Shown piece by piece: positions 34,454-44,148 of a stretch of DNA of 64,000 bases (positions within the stretch are counted from its first letter, which is position 1; every line of letters begins with the position of its first letter). The stretch is taken from assembly GCA_965214095.1 (NCBI GenBank), contig OZ243938.1, positions 700,908 to 764,907 on the forward strand, written 5' to 3'. The translations under genes and the position numbers were made by a program. Under the pieces are notes generated by a model. That model was not told the origin of the DNA and made no database searches. It worked only from the letters and a program-made list of their open reading frames with translations. The DNA comes from Candidatus Poribacteria bacterium. GTDB taxonomy: Bacteria; Poribacteria; WGA-4E; WGA-3G.

Positions 34454-35737
34454 TCATCTGATTACTTTCGGACTATAAGTAAACTCAAAATCATCAATCT
34501 GAATTGTATCACCTTCTTTGACGCCAGCACGAGTAAGGGCGTTTATTACTCCCATCTTTTTGAGTTTGCGGAATAGTAGCATCAATGCTTGTTCATTCTC
34601 AAAGTCTGTCATCACAACAGCACGTTTCGGTTCATCACCACTTACAACAAATCCAGTATCGATCTCTTGGATTTCAAACCGTGTACGTGGTTCAGGTGGT
34701 AGTTCCTGTTCCAAGATAATTGTTGATTCAGCTTGTTCACGCGCCTTTGCATCAAGGTATTGTAAGGAACGGTACGCCTGTTGCATGAGTGAATTGACTC
34801 CTTCGCCTGTAATACTGGATATTGTGAAGACTTTTCGTTTACCAAAGTATTCCTGCACCCGTTGTATATTCTCCTTCGCTTCAGGCATATCAATCTTATT
34901 GAGGGCAATGATTTGAGGAAGATCAGTCAACAATGGGTTGTAATGACCGAGTTCAAGATTAAGCTGCTCATAGTCTTTGATAGGGTCTCGACCATCGGCA
35001 GCACTAAGATCAATCACATGTATCAACATCTTTGTACGTTCAATATGTCGCAAGAATTGGTGTCCCAAACCTGCCCCTTTATGCGCGCCATCTATTAAGC
35101 CGGGTATGTCCGCAAGCACAAAGTTTTGTTCTTGATCAATCCGAACAACACCTAAGTTTGGGATAAGTGTAGTGAATGGATAGGATGCGATTTTGGGGGT
35201 AGCAGCAGATGTACGTGCAAGTAAAGTGGATTTACCTGCATTCGGATAACCAACCAGACCGACATCAGCAATGAGTTTTACCTCAAGACTAATCTCACAT
35301 TCTTCACCCGGTTCGCCTTTTTCCGCTACACGTGGAACTTGGAAAGTGCTGCTTTTGAACCGTGAATTGCCTTTACCACCTATGCCACCCCGCGCTGCAA
35401 TAACTGGTTGGTCAGGTTCTGTTAGGTCTGCAAGCAATTCTTCTGTGTCAAAATTTCTGATAATAGTGCCAACAGGCACCCTTATTATCTTATCATTACC
35501 ATCAGCACCATCACGTTGTTTTCCACCACCGTGCGAACCGTTTTCTGCAACTTGCCGCGGGTTGTGACGCAAATCTATCAATGTGCTCATGCCGAGAGTG
35601 GCGATGACGATAACGTTACCTCCGTTTCCACCATCAGCACCGTCAGGACCACCACGTGGTACATATTTTTCACGACGAAAACTTATACAACCATTGCCGC
35701 CGTTACCTGCTTTGACATATATTCTTGCTGTGTCCAT
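34454..35737 (-). CDS. obg: GTPase Obg/CgtA
   Basis: Gly-rich N-terminal Obg fold (GGNGGNG, GGKGN), G motifs GYPNAGKST and DIPGLIDGA and NKID, and a C-terminal OCT domain. It sits directly upstream of proB. Confidence 0.9.
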   Translation of the reverse strand: MDTARIYVKAGNGGNGCISFRREKYVPRGGPDGADGGNGGNVIVIATLGMSTLIDLRHNPRQVAENGSHGGGKQRDGADGNDKIIRVPVGTIIRNFDTEELLADLTEPDQPVIAARGGIGGKGNSRFKSSTFQVPRVAEKGEPGEECEISLEVKLIADVGLVGYPNAGKSTLLARTSAATPKIASYPFTTLIPNLGVVRIDQEQNFVLADIPGLIDGAHKGAGLGHQFLRHIERTKMLIHVIDLSAADGRDPIKDYEQLNLELGHYNPLLTDLPQIIALNKIDMPEAKENIQRVQEYFGKRKVFTISSITGEGVNSLMQQAYRSLQYLDAKAREQAESTIILEQELPPEPRTRFEIQEIDTGFVVSGDEPKRAVVMTDFENEQALMLLFRKLKKMGVINALTRAGVKEGDTIQIDDFEFTYSPKVIR

Positions 35738-35782
35738 GTCCCACCCTTTCAGATAGAACGTCTATTTCACCTTGTCTTACGA

Positions 35783-37399
35783 TTAATCCCACCTTTCCTG
35801 GTTGGTATGACCTCGGTCTGGTGGTGGGGTACTATCATATTCTCTCATGCTTACTTCTTGCATGATGTTGAATGTTTGACTATTTGGGGCGTACATCCCG
35901 TGAGTCCACCTTATGGTAACAGATATCATTAGTGCACTTGATTTAACGAACATCTGAGTGCTATACGCACTTCCACTTGCGCTACAAGGCGTATCAAACC
36001 AATCATCACGGTTGTCTTGACCAGCTGCACGATTGTCTACTACACTATCAAGCGCAGGTGGACTACCGATAAGTTCGTCGGTGCATTCACCAGCGGTTTG
36101 GCTAAAACTTTGTACCTCACCACCAGTCACGCTGAACGTAAACCCGTAGACCTCTGTAACATTTGGAGTAATAGGATCATCAACTGAAGCTGGACCAGTC
36201 TGTGGATTAATCGGATACATGCCCAATCCGCGCGGATGTCCTTGCTCAACGTAGTTGTGAGGATAGAATATCCACACTATCCATCCGTCTACGTTTGCTG
36301 GGTCAACAGGATTGTCATCAGCATGTCCATATACTAAATGTGACAGAACATTGTCGGGAGGGTTGTGCCCACTCGGATTAGGATTGCCCGGAGTGACTCC
36401 ACCATTATTATTGTTATTATTGTTATTATTGTTATTATTGTTATTATTGTTGCCACCATTGTTGGTGTCGCCATTGTTGGTGTCGCCATTGTTGCCACCA
36501 TTGTTGGTGTCGCCATTGTTCCCATCATTATTGGTGTCGCCATTGTTCCCATCATTGTTGGTGTCGCCATTGTTGCCACCATTATTGGTGTCGCCGTTGT
36601 TGCCACCATTGTTGTTGTTATTATTGTTGTTGTTGTCATTTTTGGTATCGCCATTGGTCCCACCATTGTTATTATTGTTGTTGTCATTTTTGGTATCGCC
36701 ATTAGTCCCACCATTATTATTATTGTTGTTGCCACCATTATTGGTATCGCCATTGTTCCCATCATTATTGGTGTCGCCGTTGTTGCCACCATTATTGGTG
36801 TCGCCGTTGTTGCCACCATTATTGGTGTCGCCGTTGTTGCCACCATTATTGGTGTCGCCATTGTTCCCATCATTGTTGGTGTCGCCGTTGTTGCCACCAT
36901 CAGTGCCACCACCATCAGTGCCACCACCATCAGTGCCACCACCATTATTAGGGGTTTGCCCACCAGGTGTTTGACCACCGCCACCTATGTTACCAGGTGT
37001 TTGACCACCGCCACCAACATCATCACGGGGACCGCTGGCAGATTCATCATGTCCATCACCTTTCATATCATCTATCAAGTCAGTGTTATCAGACGGTCTT
37101 TCAGCCTGCATTATCAAATGTCCTTTGTAGTAAAATAAATAAGTAGTGCTTGAAGGATGTATGTGAATGATGGGTAATAACTGATCCCCTCGTTTTGGAT
37201 AAAGGGTCACACAGACTGAATCTGTTCCGTTTAATAGACAGATTTTACCGCCACCTTGATCGCTTAGATACTTGTCTAAATCACCGGGTTGCAACATGGA
37301 ACCCGTATACGGGTTGTCTGAACAACTGGTTATTCCTAAGACAACAACCAGAAGAGTACCGATTATATACATAGAAATTCGTAATCTGTCCATTTTCAT
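35783..37399 (-). CDS. Lipoprotein with a very large Asn/Gly/Asp/Thr tandem-repeat linker
   Basis: Lipobox LGITSC. The N- and C-terminal domains are homologous to 37414-38346. The central ~270 aa consist of GGNNGDTNN-type 9-aa units, a GGTD triplet and an 18-residue poly-Asn run. Confidence 0.7.
   Translation of the reverse strand: MKMDRLRISMYIIGTLLVVVLGITSCSDNPYTGSMLQPGDLDKYLSDQGGGKICLLNGTDSVCVTLYPKRGDQLLPIIHIHPSSTTYLFYYKGHLIMQAERPSDNTDLIDDMKGDGHDESASGPRDDVGGGGQTPGNIGGGGQTPGGQTPNNGGGTDGGGTDGGGTDGGNNGDTNNDGNNGDTNNGGNNGDTNNGGNNGDTNNGGNNGDTNNDGNNGDTNNGGNNNNNNGGTNGDTKNDNNNNNNGGTNGDTKNDNNNNNNNNNGGNNGDTNNGGNNGDTNNDGNNGDTNNDGNNGDTNNGGNNGDTNNGDTNNGGNNNNNNNNNNNNNNNNGGVTPGNPNPSGHNPPDNVLSHLVYGHADDNPVDPANVDGWIVWIFYPHNYVEQGHPRGLGMYPINPQTGPASVDDPITPNVTEVYGFTFSVTGGEVQSFSQTAGECTDELIGSPPALDSVVDNRAAGQDNRDDWFDTPCSASGSAYSTQMFVKSSALMISVTIRWTHGMYAPNSQTFNIMQEVSMREYDSTPPPDRGHTNQERWD
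36399..37017. repeat. Coding tandem-repeat tract (27-bp units and ATT/GTT microsatellite-like runs)
   Basis: Repeated ATTGTTGCCACCATT(A/G)TTGGTGTCGCC units, an (ATTATTGTT)n run at 36405-36450, three copies of CCACCATCAGTG, and two copies of CCAGGTGTTTGACCACCGCCACC. Confidence 0.9.
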
Positions 37400-37413
37400 G
37401 CTAGTACTCCTTC

Positions 37414-38346
37414 CTAACGTTCATCGTTAGGTTGCAATTGGAAAGTATACGTATTTTCTGATGAGACTACACCATCTGCCTTGACATAGAATATTGCTGT
37501 ATGTTCATCAATTAAACCGTTCACTTCAATTGATATATCCGCATCCTCAGATTCAACAGTAAACTGGACACCTGGGATTCCATCTGGCCTATCAATTTGT
37601 TTGAAACCTGTAATTTCAAGATCGTCATCGGGATTAACACTTAATTTTTCTCCTTCACCTACTCTAATATCAAGTCCACTTGTTTCGGGTGTTGTACCAC
37701 GATCTTTTTCAGGAAATCCATCTGGATAGTATATGTCAATGAGCCATTCACCTGATAAATCAGTTTCATTCTGATTTCCAGTACCACCCTCTGCTTCATT
37801 CTTTGCAGGTAATTGCACTTGACCTGAATCTACCAATTCCTGTATTAGTTCTGTGGTATCCATTACTTTTTCAGCCCGTAATATAGGACGATCTTCATAG
37901 TAAAAAATAAAGACGACACTTGCTGGATGTATATTTACAATGGGTGGTGCGTCCTGACTATCATCTTGCACAACCTTAAGACAGATTGAATCAAATCCAT
38001 CTTGTAGGCAGATCGTATCTTCACCGGTAGAATTGAGATACCTATCCACACTATCCACCGTCAATACTGGTCCTGTATATGGCACATCTGAACATCCAAT
38101 TATACATAGTAGAAAGATAGGTATGATACATGTAAACTTAAGTATATTATCAAATACTTTGGCATTCACTACAGGTATTATGTTAGAGAGTACCATATTT
38201 TTATTCTTATTCGTCTCTTTTCCTGTCATAGCGTCTATAAACCTTTTTAAATTACCCATACAAGACACTCCTTTGTTTGTTTGCTTTACCGATATGCTCT
38301 TTCCACTCATCTTTTTTCCACCTTCCCGATGAGCAAGTGCGTTCAA
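37414..38346 (-). CDS. Lipoprotein paralogue of 35783-37399 without the repeat expansion
   Basis: IIGCSDVPYTGPVL...ICLQDGFDSICL...IVNIHPASVVFIFYY aligns with CSDNPYTGSML...ICLLNGTDSVCV...IIHIHPSSTTYLFYY. The real start may be internal. Confidence 0.6.
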   Translation of the reverse strand: MNALAHREGGKKMSGKSISVKQTNKGVSCMGNLKRFIDAMTGKETNKNKNMVLSNIIPVVNAKVFDNILKFTCIIPIFLLCIIGCSDVPYTGPVLTVDSVDRYLNSTGEDTICLQDGFDSICLKVVQDDSQDAPPIVNIHPASVVFIFYYEDRPILRAEKVMDTTELIQELVDSGQVQLPAKNEAEGGTGNQNETDLSGEWLIDIYYPDGFPEKDRGTTPETSGLDIRVGEGEKLSVNPDDDLEITGFKQIDRPDGIPGVQFTVESEDADISIEVNGLIDEHTAIFYVKADGVVSSENTYTFQLQPNDER

Positions 38347-38419
38347 TGTCTATTGGACAAATGAAGTTAGAAAAGGAAATTATTCCTAAGTTATATCCAT
38401 ATAACGATTAATTCCGACT

Positions 38420-38608
38420 TCAGTTGACTATATCACCATGTGGAAATTCGTATTTGCATGAAGGACACTTATGATAGTGTTCACGCATGACAAATCCACA
38501 ATGTGGACATACACGTTTTGCTCGTAGTTGAGTCATGATACGAGATATGATAATCACACCAACAAGAAGGATTATAAGGAAGGCTACCTCCCATATTCCT
38601 ATCTGCAT
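38420..38608 (-). CDS. Small membrane-anchored zinc-ribbon protein
   Basis: 62 aa with one TM helix followed by CPHC...CPSC. Confidence 0.4.
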   Translation of the reverse strand: MQIGIWEVAFLIILLVGVIIISRIMTQLRAKRVCPHCGFVMREHYHKCPSCKYEFPHGDIVN

Positions 38609-38656
38609 ATCATTCCCAAAGATAAGGACATTCCTACGGTAAAGAGACGAGAATAA

Positions 38657-39502
38657 CTATGTTTCATTAATCAAACCACGTAGGGTTGTCAGGTTTTTAC
38701 CATGCATGATATTCATTTTCGGTGTTTCTATAATCAGGGGAATTTGGGCAAAACGATAATCATTTAGTATATATGTAAATGCTGTTGTTCCAATATTTCC
38801 TTCACCAATGTGTTCGTGCCTATCCACACGACTTTGATATGCCGACTTTGCGTCGTTTATATGGAATGCCTTTAATCGTGCCAAGCCAATTATTTCATCG
38901 AACTTCTCAAATGTCGAATTACAATCAGATTCGGTACGTAGATCATATCCCGCTGCAAATACATGACAGGTATCCAGACACACTCCAAATCGAGCAGAGT
39001 GCTTTGACATACCAATCACATCACGTAAATGTTCAAAACGATACCCCAAGTTCGTTCCTTGTCCAGCAGTTGTTTCAAGTAGAATTTCAACATCAGGTGC
39101 ATCTGAAGTTTCAAAAATCTGATCAAAACTATCACATAACTGTTTTATTCCGAATGCTTCCCCTTCCCCGAGATGTGCACCCAAATGGGTGACGATATGT
39201 TGAACTCCAGTAACTTGTGAAAGTTCCATCATTCTCTTAAACTGTAGACGCGATTTCCCTAAAACATCTTTTTTTGGAGATGCAAGATTACTTAGATGGA
39301 TATCGTGCACAATCACATCCTGAATTGGTGATTTTTTCCAGGCATCAGAGAATTTCTCTATAACTTCCTCAGTTGGTGGTTTGGACTCCCACCGGTTTGG
39401 ATTGGCAAGAAAAATTTGGATTGCTTCACATTGAAGTTTATCACCATTTTCAATTGCGTTATGTATACCACCTGCTGTAGATACATGTGCACCGAGAACC
39501 AT
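38657..39502 (-). CDS. nfo: Endonuclease IV (AP endonuclease, TIM-barrel)
   Basis: The ORF track gives 39547; the Met at 39502 (MVLGAHVSTAGG) fits the family N-terminus. Motifs are HLGAHLG, LLETTAGQG, CLDTCHVFAAGYD, HINDAK and DRHEHIGEG. Confidence 0.85.
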   Translation of the reverse strand: MVLGAHVSTAGGIHNAIENGDKLQCEAIQIFLANPNRWESKPPTEEVIEKFSDAWKKSPIQDVIVHDIHLSNLASPKKDVLGKSRLQFKRMMELSQVTGVQHIVTHLGAHLGEGEAFGIKQLCDSFDQIFETSDAPDVEILLETTAGQGTNLGYRFEHLRDVIGMSKHSARFGVCLDTCHVFAAGYDLRTESDCNSTFEKFDEIIGLARLKAFHINDAKSAYQSRVDRHEHIGEGNIGTTAFTYILNDYRFAQIPLIIETPKMNIMHGKNLTTLRGLINET

Positions 39503-40212
39503 ATCAACTAAGCAATTTTGAAAAAATACTCTTCCAAAATCCGCCATCTCCTAATTTTCTTTGTGTTTAACATTAGTGTTACAATGTAAGATCGAAACAT
39601 TGTCTATGCTAGAATGCATAAGTGTATTGGCATGTCAGTTATTACAATATCTTTCTCTATAATGCCAAGACTCACAACAATAAAAAGGTTTAGACAGGAT
39701 CTTACGTCTAAATTTTAACTAAAAATTTTAATACATGTTACCTATATTTAGGACGTTAAGAATGAGTTAGCGGTTACAGTACCTGAACTAATTGTCTGGC
39801 TTTCGATTCAGTTCGCGGGGAATGTGTTTGAACGATTGAAACTATTCTCCAGAAATACACGAACAAGAGAGGTGCAGATTTATGGTAGGACTAAAATTGT
39901 TAAACTGTTCGACCTCCTATAATTGATTTTGATAGTTCAAATATGTGACAATTCATTTTATCATCCTCTGAAAGAGCCAATTCTAATTGTAATTTATTTT
40001 GATGAAAAGTCAAATTAAAAGTGTGAAAAAACCTCAATTAATGCTGAAAATATAGGATTCAGAGCAATTTTGTGCAAAAAACTATTAGTTTTATTAAGAC
40101 GTTAACACACATAAGTATATCAGTTATAATATAAATGTCCTAATACGGTTTATCAAAGTTCTTAAATTAACCTGATAATTTATAGGACACTCAATTTGGA
40201 ACAGAAGTCTCG

Positions 40213-41229
40213 TCAGGCACACAAAACCGTTTTGACACCGCGATGGGTAATAGCATTGTCAAATGCTTCTAATCCTTGAACCAAAGGAAATGTATCAGTC
40301 AAGAGAGGTGTAAAGTTGAAAGTCTTTTGAAGAATATGTTGGCGGGATTCTTCCAGACTAGCACGTGAAAATGCCCACGATGCCATCAATTTGTGTCCGG
40401 TATAATGGAATTCCTCCAAATTAATATGGAGAGTCTCACCTTCGGGGGATAGGCCAAAAAAATTAATACATCCACCTTTTCTAACAAGGTTAAAAGCAGT
40501 GGATATCACAGAGGCATTATTTGTTGTTGAGGAAACAACTGTATCAACCCCTCCACCTGTGATTTCTTTCAAATTGTTGATATCTTCTTGTGTAATAGCA
40601 AAACATTCATCTGCACCAACAGTTTCTGCTGCAAATCTGCGATGGGGTAATGGTTCAAACACATAAACAGATAAACCTTTACGTTTCAACAACTGGGTAA
40701 AAATCAGTCCGATAGGGCCTGCACCAAGAATCGCAACAGTGTTATTGAAAAGAGTTTCATGCATTGCATTCAGACAGCAACCCAACGGTTCAAGGAACAG
40801 CAATTCTTCTGGCGGGATAGTATCAGGAACACGGATGAGTTTATCTGTATCTACACCGTGTTTCGGCATTCTGATGTATTCTGCATAACCACCGTCAATA
40901 TCGTGACCGATTCCTTCAATAGAATCACAGTATTTGTCTCTGTCATTGATGCAGTTGTAACACTTTCCACAGGAAAGCATTGGATTTACCGTAACACGTT
41001 CGCCAATCTTTACATCTTGATGCCGACTTTCAACTACAATACCTGCCAGTTCATGCCCCATTACAACAGGAGGTGAATAGTCCGATACATCTCCTCGTAA
41101 TGCTGCAAGGTCGGATGCACAGATGCCACACAACTCCAGCTGTATAAGGACATCACCAGAATTGAGTTTTGGGATCGGGATATCTTGTAGACGCAACTGT
41201 CTTGTCTTATCAAATACGATTGCTTGCAT
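40213..41229 (-). CDS. Zinc-dependent alcohol/polyol dehydrogenase (MDR family)
   Basis: CGICASD, GHELAGIVVE, the structural zinc site CGKCYNCINDRDKYC, and the Rossmann loop ILGAGPIG. Confidence 0.8.
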   Translation of the reverse strand: MQAIVFDKTRQLRLQDIPIPKLNSGDVLIQLELCGICASDLAALRGDVSDYSPPVVMGHELAGIVVESRHQDVKIGERVTVNPMLSCGKCYNCINDRDKYCDSIEGIGHDIDGGYAEYIRMPKHGVDTDKLIRVPDTIPPEELLFLEPLGCCLNAMHETLFNNTVAILGAGPIGLIFTQLLKRKGLSVYVFEPLPHRRFAAETVGADECFAITQEDINNLKEITGGGVDTVVSSTTNNASVISTAFNLVRKGGCINFFGLSPEGETLHINLEEFHYTGHKLMASWAFSRASLEESRQHILQKTFNFTPLLTDTFPLVQGLEAFDNAITHRGVKTVLCA

Positions 41230-41308
41230 TCTTGATATAGGGTAGGTATAAAAGGTAGTTTGAGCGAAGCGGAAACTCCGCTCAAACTACAAAGGTTTGC
41301 TTTATTTC

Positions 41309-42337
41309 TTATTCAAACTCATAAGGCACTGTTTCAGACTGGTGTGTCTTCGCAGATTTTTCTGCCAAATCCATGACAGCAATAACGCGGCGAGCAGACT
41401 CAGGTGTGACAAGTAATGGTGTGCCATCGTTCAAATGTGAAACAATATTTTCATAATATCTGGGACCGGGTCTTCCATGATGACCGACCTTCTGTTCCTT
41501 CGGATGTCCTTCAACTTCGGATAGAACATGGTATTGTCCACCTTCAGAAACAATAGATCCGTGTGACCCCAGCATTTTCCATTTCGGTCCACCAACCTTC
41601 GCAATGTTAGACATCTGAATATTTGCTGATGCACCATCCGTTACAAATTCACCTTCACCAAATCGTATCACAGCCTGCACGTGATCTTCATTTGTAATGT
41701 CTTTCCAAACAAGATTCGGTTGGAAAAATCCAGTGACGTTAATCATTGGACCATCTATAATGTTGAGTAGCCAATCAAGGAAGTGTGCTCCCCAATCATA
41801 GAATTGTCCACCTGAAACAGCTTTCACACTGCGCCACCAATTTGGATTTGGTCTACCGTAACCACCACTCCACATCTCTGCACAATAGACTTTTCCAATT
41901 ACACCTGATTGAACAAGTTCGCGTAGTGTCCAAAAATCTGCATCCCACCTGCGGTTGTGGTGAACTGATAGCATTACATCGTTTTCTTTAGCCGCAGTAA
42001 TCATTTCTGTGGCTTCAGCAATTGTGATGCACATCGGTTTTTCAACAACGACGTGTTTTCCAGCATTGTGTGCTGCGACAGTCGGTTCGCAGTGAAGACT
42101 GTGTGGAAGCACATTCGCAACGAGATCAACATCTTCGTCTGCTACGAGGTCTTCAACTTTGTTATAGGTGCGGATATCAGGAAAATCCTGTTTCGCTGCT
42201 TTCGTTCGTTCTGGGTCAATGTCGCACACTGCAACGCATGTGATACCCTCCGTACCCATCATCATATTTGCGTGTGCTTTCCCCATATTAAACGCAGCAC
42301 CATATCCGAGAACAGCACCTTTAATAATATCTGCCAT
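41309..42337 (-). CDS. Gfo/Idh/MocA family oxidoreductase
   Basis: An N-terminal Rossmann region and the EKPM motif (HVVVEKPMC), with a typical C-terminal alpha/beta domain. Confidence 0.75.
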   Translation of the reverse strand: MADIIKGAVLGYGAAFNMGKAHANMMMGTEGITCVAVCDIDPERTKAAKQDFPDIRTYNKVEDLVADEDVDLVANVLPHSLHCEPTVAAHNAGKHVVVEKPMCITIAEATEMITAAKENDVMLSVHHNRRWDADFWTLRELVQSGVIGKVYCAEMWSGGYGRPNPNWWRSVKAVSGGQFYDWGAHFLDWLLNIIDGPMINVTGFFQPNLVWKDITNEDHVQAVIRFGEGEFVTDGASANIQMSNIAKVGGPKWKMLGSHGSIVSEGGQYHVLSEVEGHPKEQKVGHHGRPGPRYYENIVSHLNDGTPLLVTPESARRVIAVMDLAEKSAKTHQSETVPYEFE

Positions 42338-42510
42338 TAGTATGTCTTGGCTCCTTAAGTGTATAGGGGTGTCAACCCCGATTTCTTTAATGTATGGTTT
42401 AGTATAGCATGTATGAAAAAGCGAGTCAAAAATAAAATCAATTACCTTGGGTTATTTAGTTGACTCAGGATCACATTCAATGCTACAATTTACCACAAGG
42501 AAAATAAACT

Positions 42511-43401
42511 ATGCAAACATCACACAAATATCTCGACCCAGTAGCTCTCTCCAGAATCGGTGGCATGGAACTCGTTGCGCGCCTCGTTGTAGAAGGTTTC
42601 GTCACCGGTCTACACAAAAGTCCATATCAAGGCTTCAGCGTTGAATTTGCCGAACACCGTCAGTATATGCCGGGAGATGAAATCCGTTATATTGATTGGA
42701 AAGTTTTCGGTAAGTCCGACAGGTATTATGTCAAAAAGTTTGAAGAAGAAACCAACCTGAGAGCATATATCCTATTAGACACAAGTGCATCAATGAATTA
42801 CAAACACAGTGATAACACATTGACGAAGTTTGAATACGGATGTTATCTCGCAGCAACACTCACATATCTGATGCTAAAACAACGGGATTCAGTCGGATTA
42901 GCACTATTTGATACAGATATTCATCAATACATTCCACCAAGAGGGGCTGCAACACACCTACGTGCAATTATGTCCGCATTAGAGAATGCAACTCCTGGTG
43001 AAGAAACTGAATTGAGCAGCCTTTTCCACGAACTCGCGAAACGAATCGTCCGACGGGGTTTGGTTATCGTTATATCAGATCTACTTGACGAACCTTCAAA
43101 CGTCATCTCCGCACTCAAACATCTCAGACATCAAAAACATGAGGTGATCGTACTTCACCTTCTTGACCATGCTGAAATGACTTTCCCATACAACGGTTCA
43201 GTCATTTTTCGTGATATGGAAACCGGACAAACACTCTCTACACAGGCTGATTCACTAAAAGCAGCATATCTTGATAATCTTAATCAGTTTATACAAAACT
43301 ATCGTCGCGGTTGTGGTGCAAGCCAGATTGACTATGTGCAAATGGACACTACGACCCCCTTTGACCACGCACTCTCTGCTTATCTATCCAGACGAAAATA
43401 G
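42511..43401 (+). CDS. DUF58 family protein (vWA-like, MoxR-associated type)
   Basis: FAEHRQYMPGDEIRYIDWK and ILLDTSASM are the DUF58 hallmarks. Confidence 0.75.
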   Translation: MQTSHKYLDPVALSRIGGMELVARLVVEGFVTGLHKSPYQGFSVEFAEHRQYMPGDEIRYIDWKVFGKSDRYYVKKFEEETNLRAYILLDTSASMNYKHSDNTLTKFEYGCYLAATLTYLMLKQRDSVGLALFDTDIHQYIPPRGAATHLRAIMSALENATPGEETELSSLFHELAKRIVRRGLVIVISDLLDEPSNVISALKHLRHQKHEVIVLHLLDHAEMTFPYNGSVIFRDMETGQTLSTQADSLKAAYLDNLNQFIQNYRRGCGASQIDYVQMDTTTPFDHALSAYLSRRK

Positions 43402-43528
43402 GTGTCCTGTTTCATCCTTCAAACAACTGACGACATGTAAACCTAAAATCACTCTTGACGTTTACTCCTAAACTTATAGTTGAACACATAGTGTATAAAA
43501 CTATCATATACAATAATAGGAGTAAAAA

Positions 43529-44110
43529 ATGAGACCGATACTAAGTTTACTATTTATCGCAACGTTATTTGCTTTCGGTTGCGGCGAAGACATAGAAGAA
43601 GATAAGGTTGTTGATGAAGAAATGGTTACTGAAGAAGAAATGGTTGTTGAACCACCTACATCTTTGGAAAAAGCGCAAGAGGATATGGAAGGTGTAAGAG
43701 ATAGAAGGTTTGAAGTTTACGAAGAAGCAGAGAAGTCAGGTGATTTTTCTGTGTTATTTACAGCTGCTGATGAAATCTTCCAAGAAGAACTCGACTTTGA
43801 AAAGGAATTCTGGCAAGATTTAGTCAATATCTGGGAAAATATACAGATGGCAAAATTCCAAGCGGGTGAACTTGACGAAGATGTCGCAAATAGATATATA
43901 GATTTCTTTAACACACATACTGAGAAATTTCTTGATAGAACCCTCGCAAAGGACTATTTTGATTTTGTTGCAGCTTATGACAATATCATCATAGAGTATC
44001 TACGACTCTCTTATGAATTTCCTGATAGTAGTAAAGATGAACTCATAGAACAATTCAAGGAATCCGTTCAAGAAACAGATATAGAAATACTTTATCCAGA
44101 AGGTTTTTGA
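43529..44110 (+). CDS. Hypothetical acidic lipoprotein
   Basis: Signal peptide with lipobox LFAFGC, followed by a Glu-rich sequence. No known motif. Confidence 0.5.
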   Translation: MRPILSLLFIATLFAFGCGEDIEEDKVVDEEMVTEEEMVVEPPTSLEKAQEDMEGVRDRRFEVYEEAEKSGDFSVLFTAADEIFQEELDFEKEFWQDLVNIWENIQMAKFQAGELDEDVANRYIDFFNTHTEKFLDRTLAKDYFDFVAAYDNIIIEYLRLSYEFPDSSKDELIEQFKESVQETDIEILYPEGF

Positions 44111-44148
44111 CATATAGACATGTCATCCTTTCCACAAGGAAGTAGCCT

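Noticed and set aside
36312-37138. Three long overlapping ORFs (36312-36974 +, 36334-36984 -, 36365-37138 +) across the repeat tract.
   Set aside because: These are frame artefacts of the stop-free 27-bp / ATT-GTT repeats. Only the minus-strand frame is continuous with lipobox-bearing N- and C-terminal domains that have a paralogue next door.
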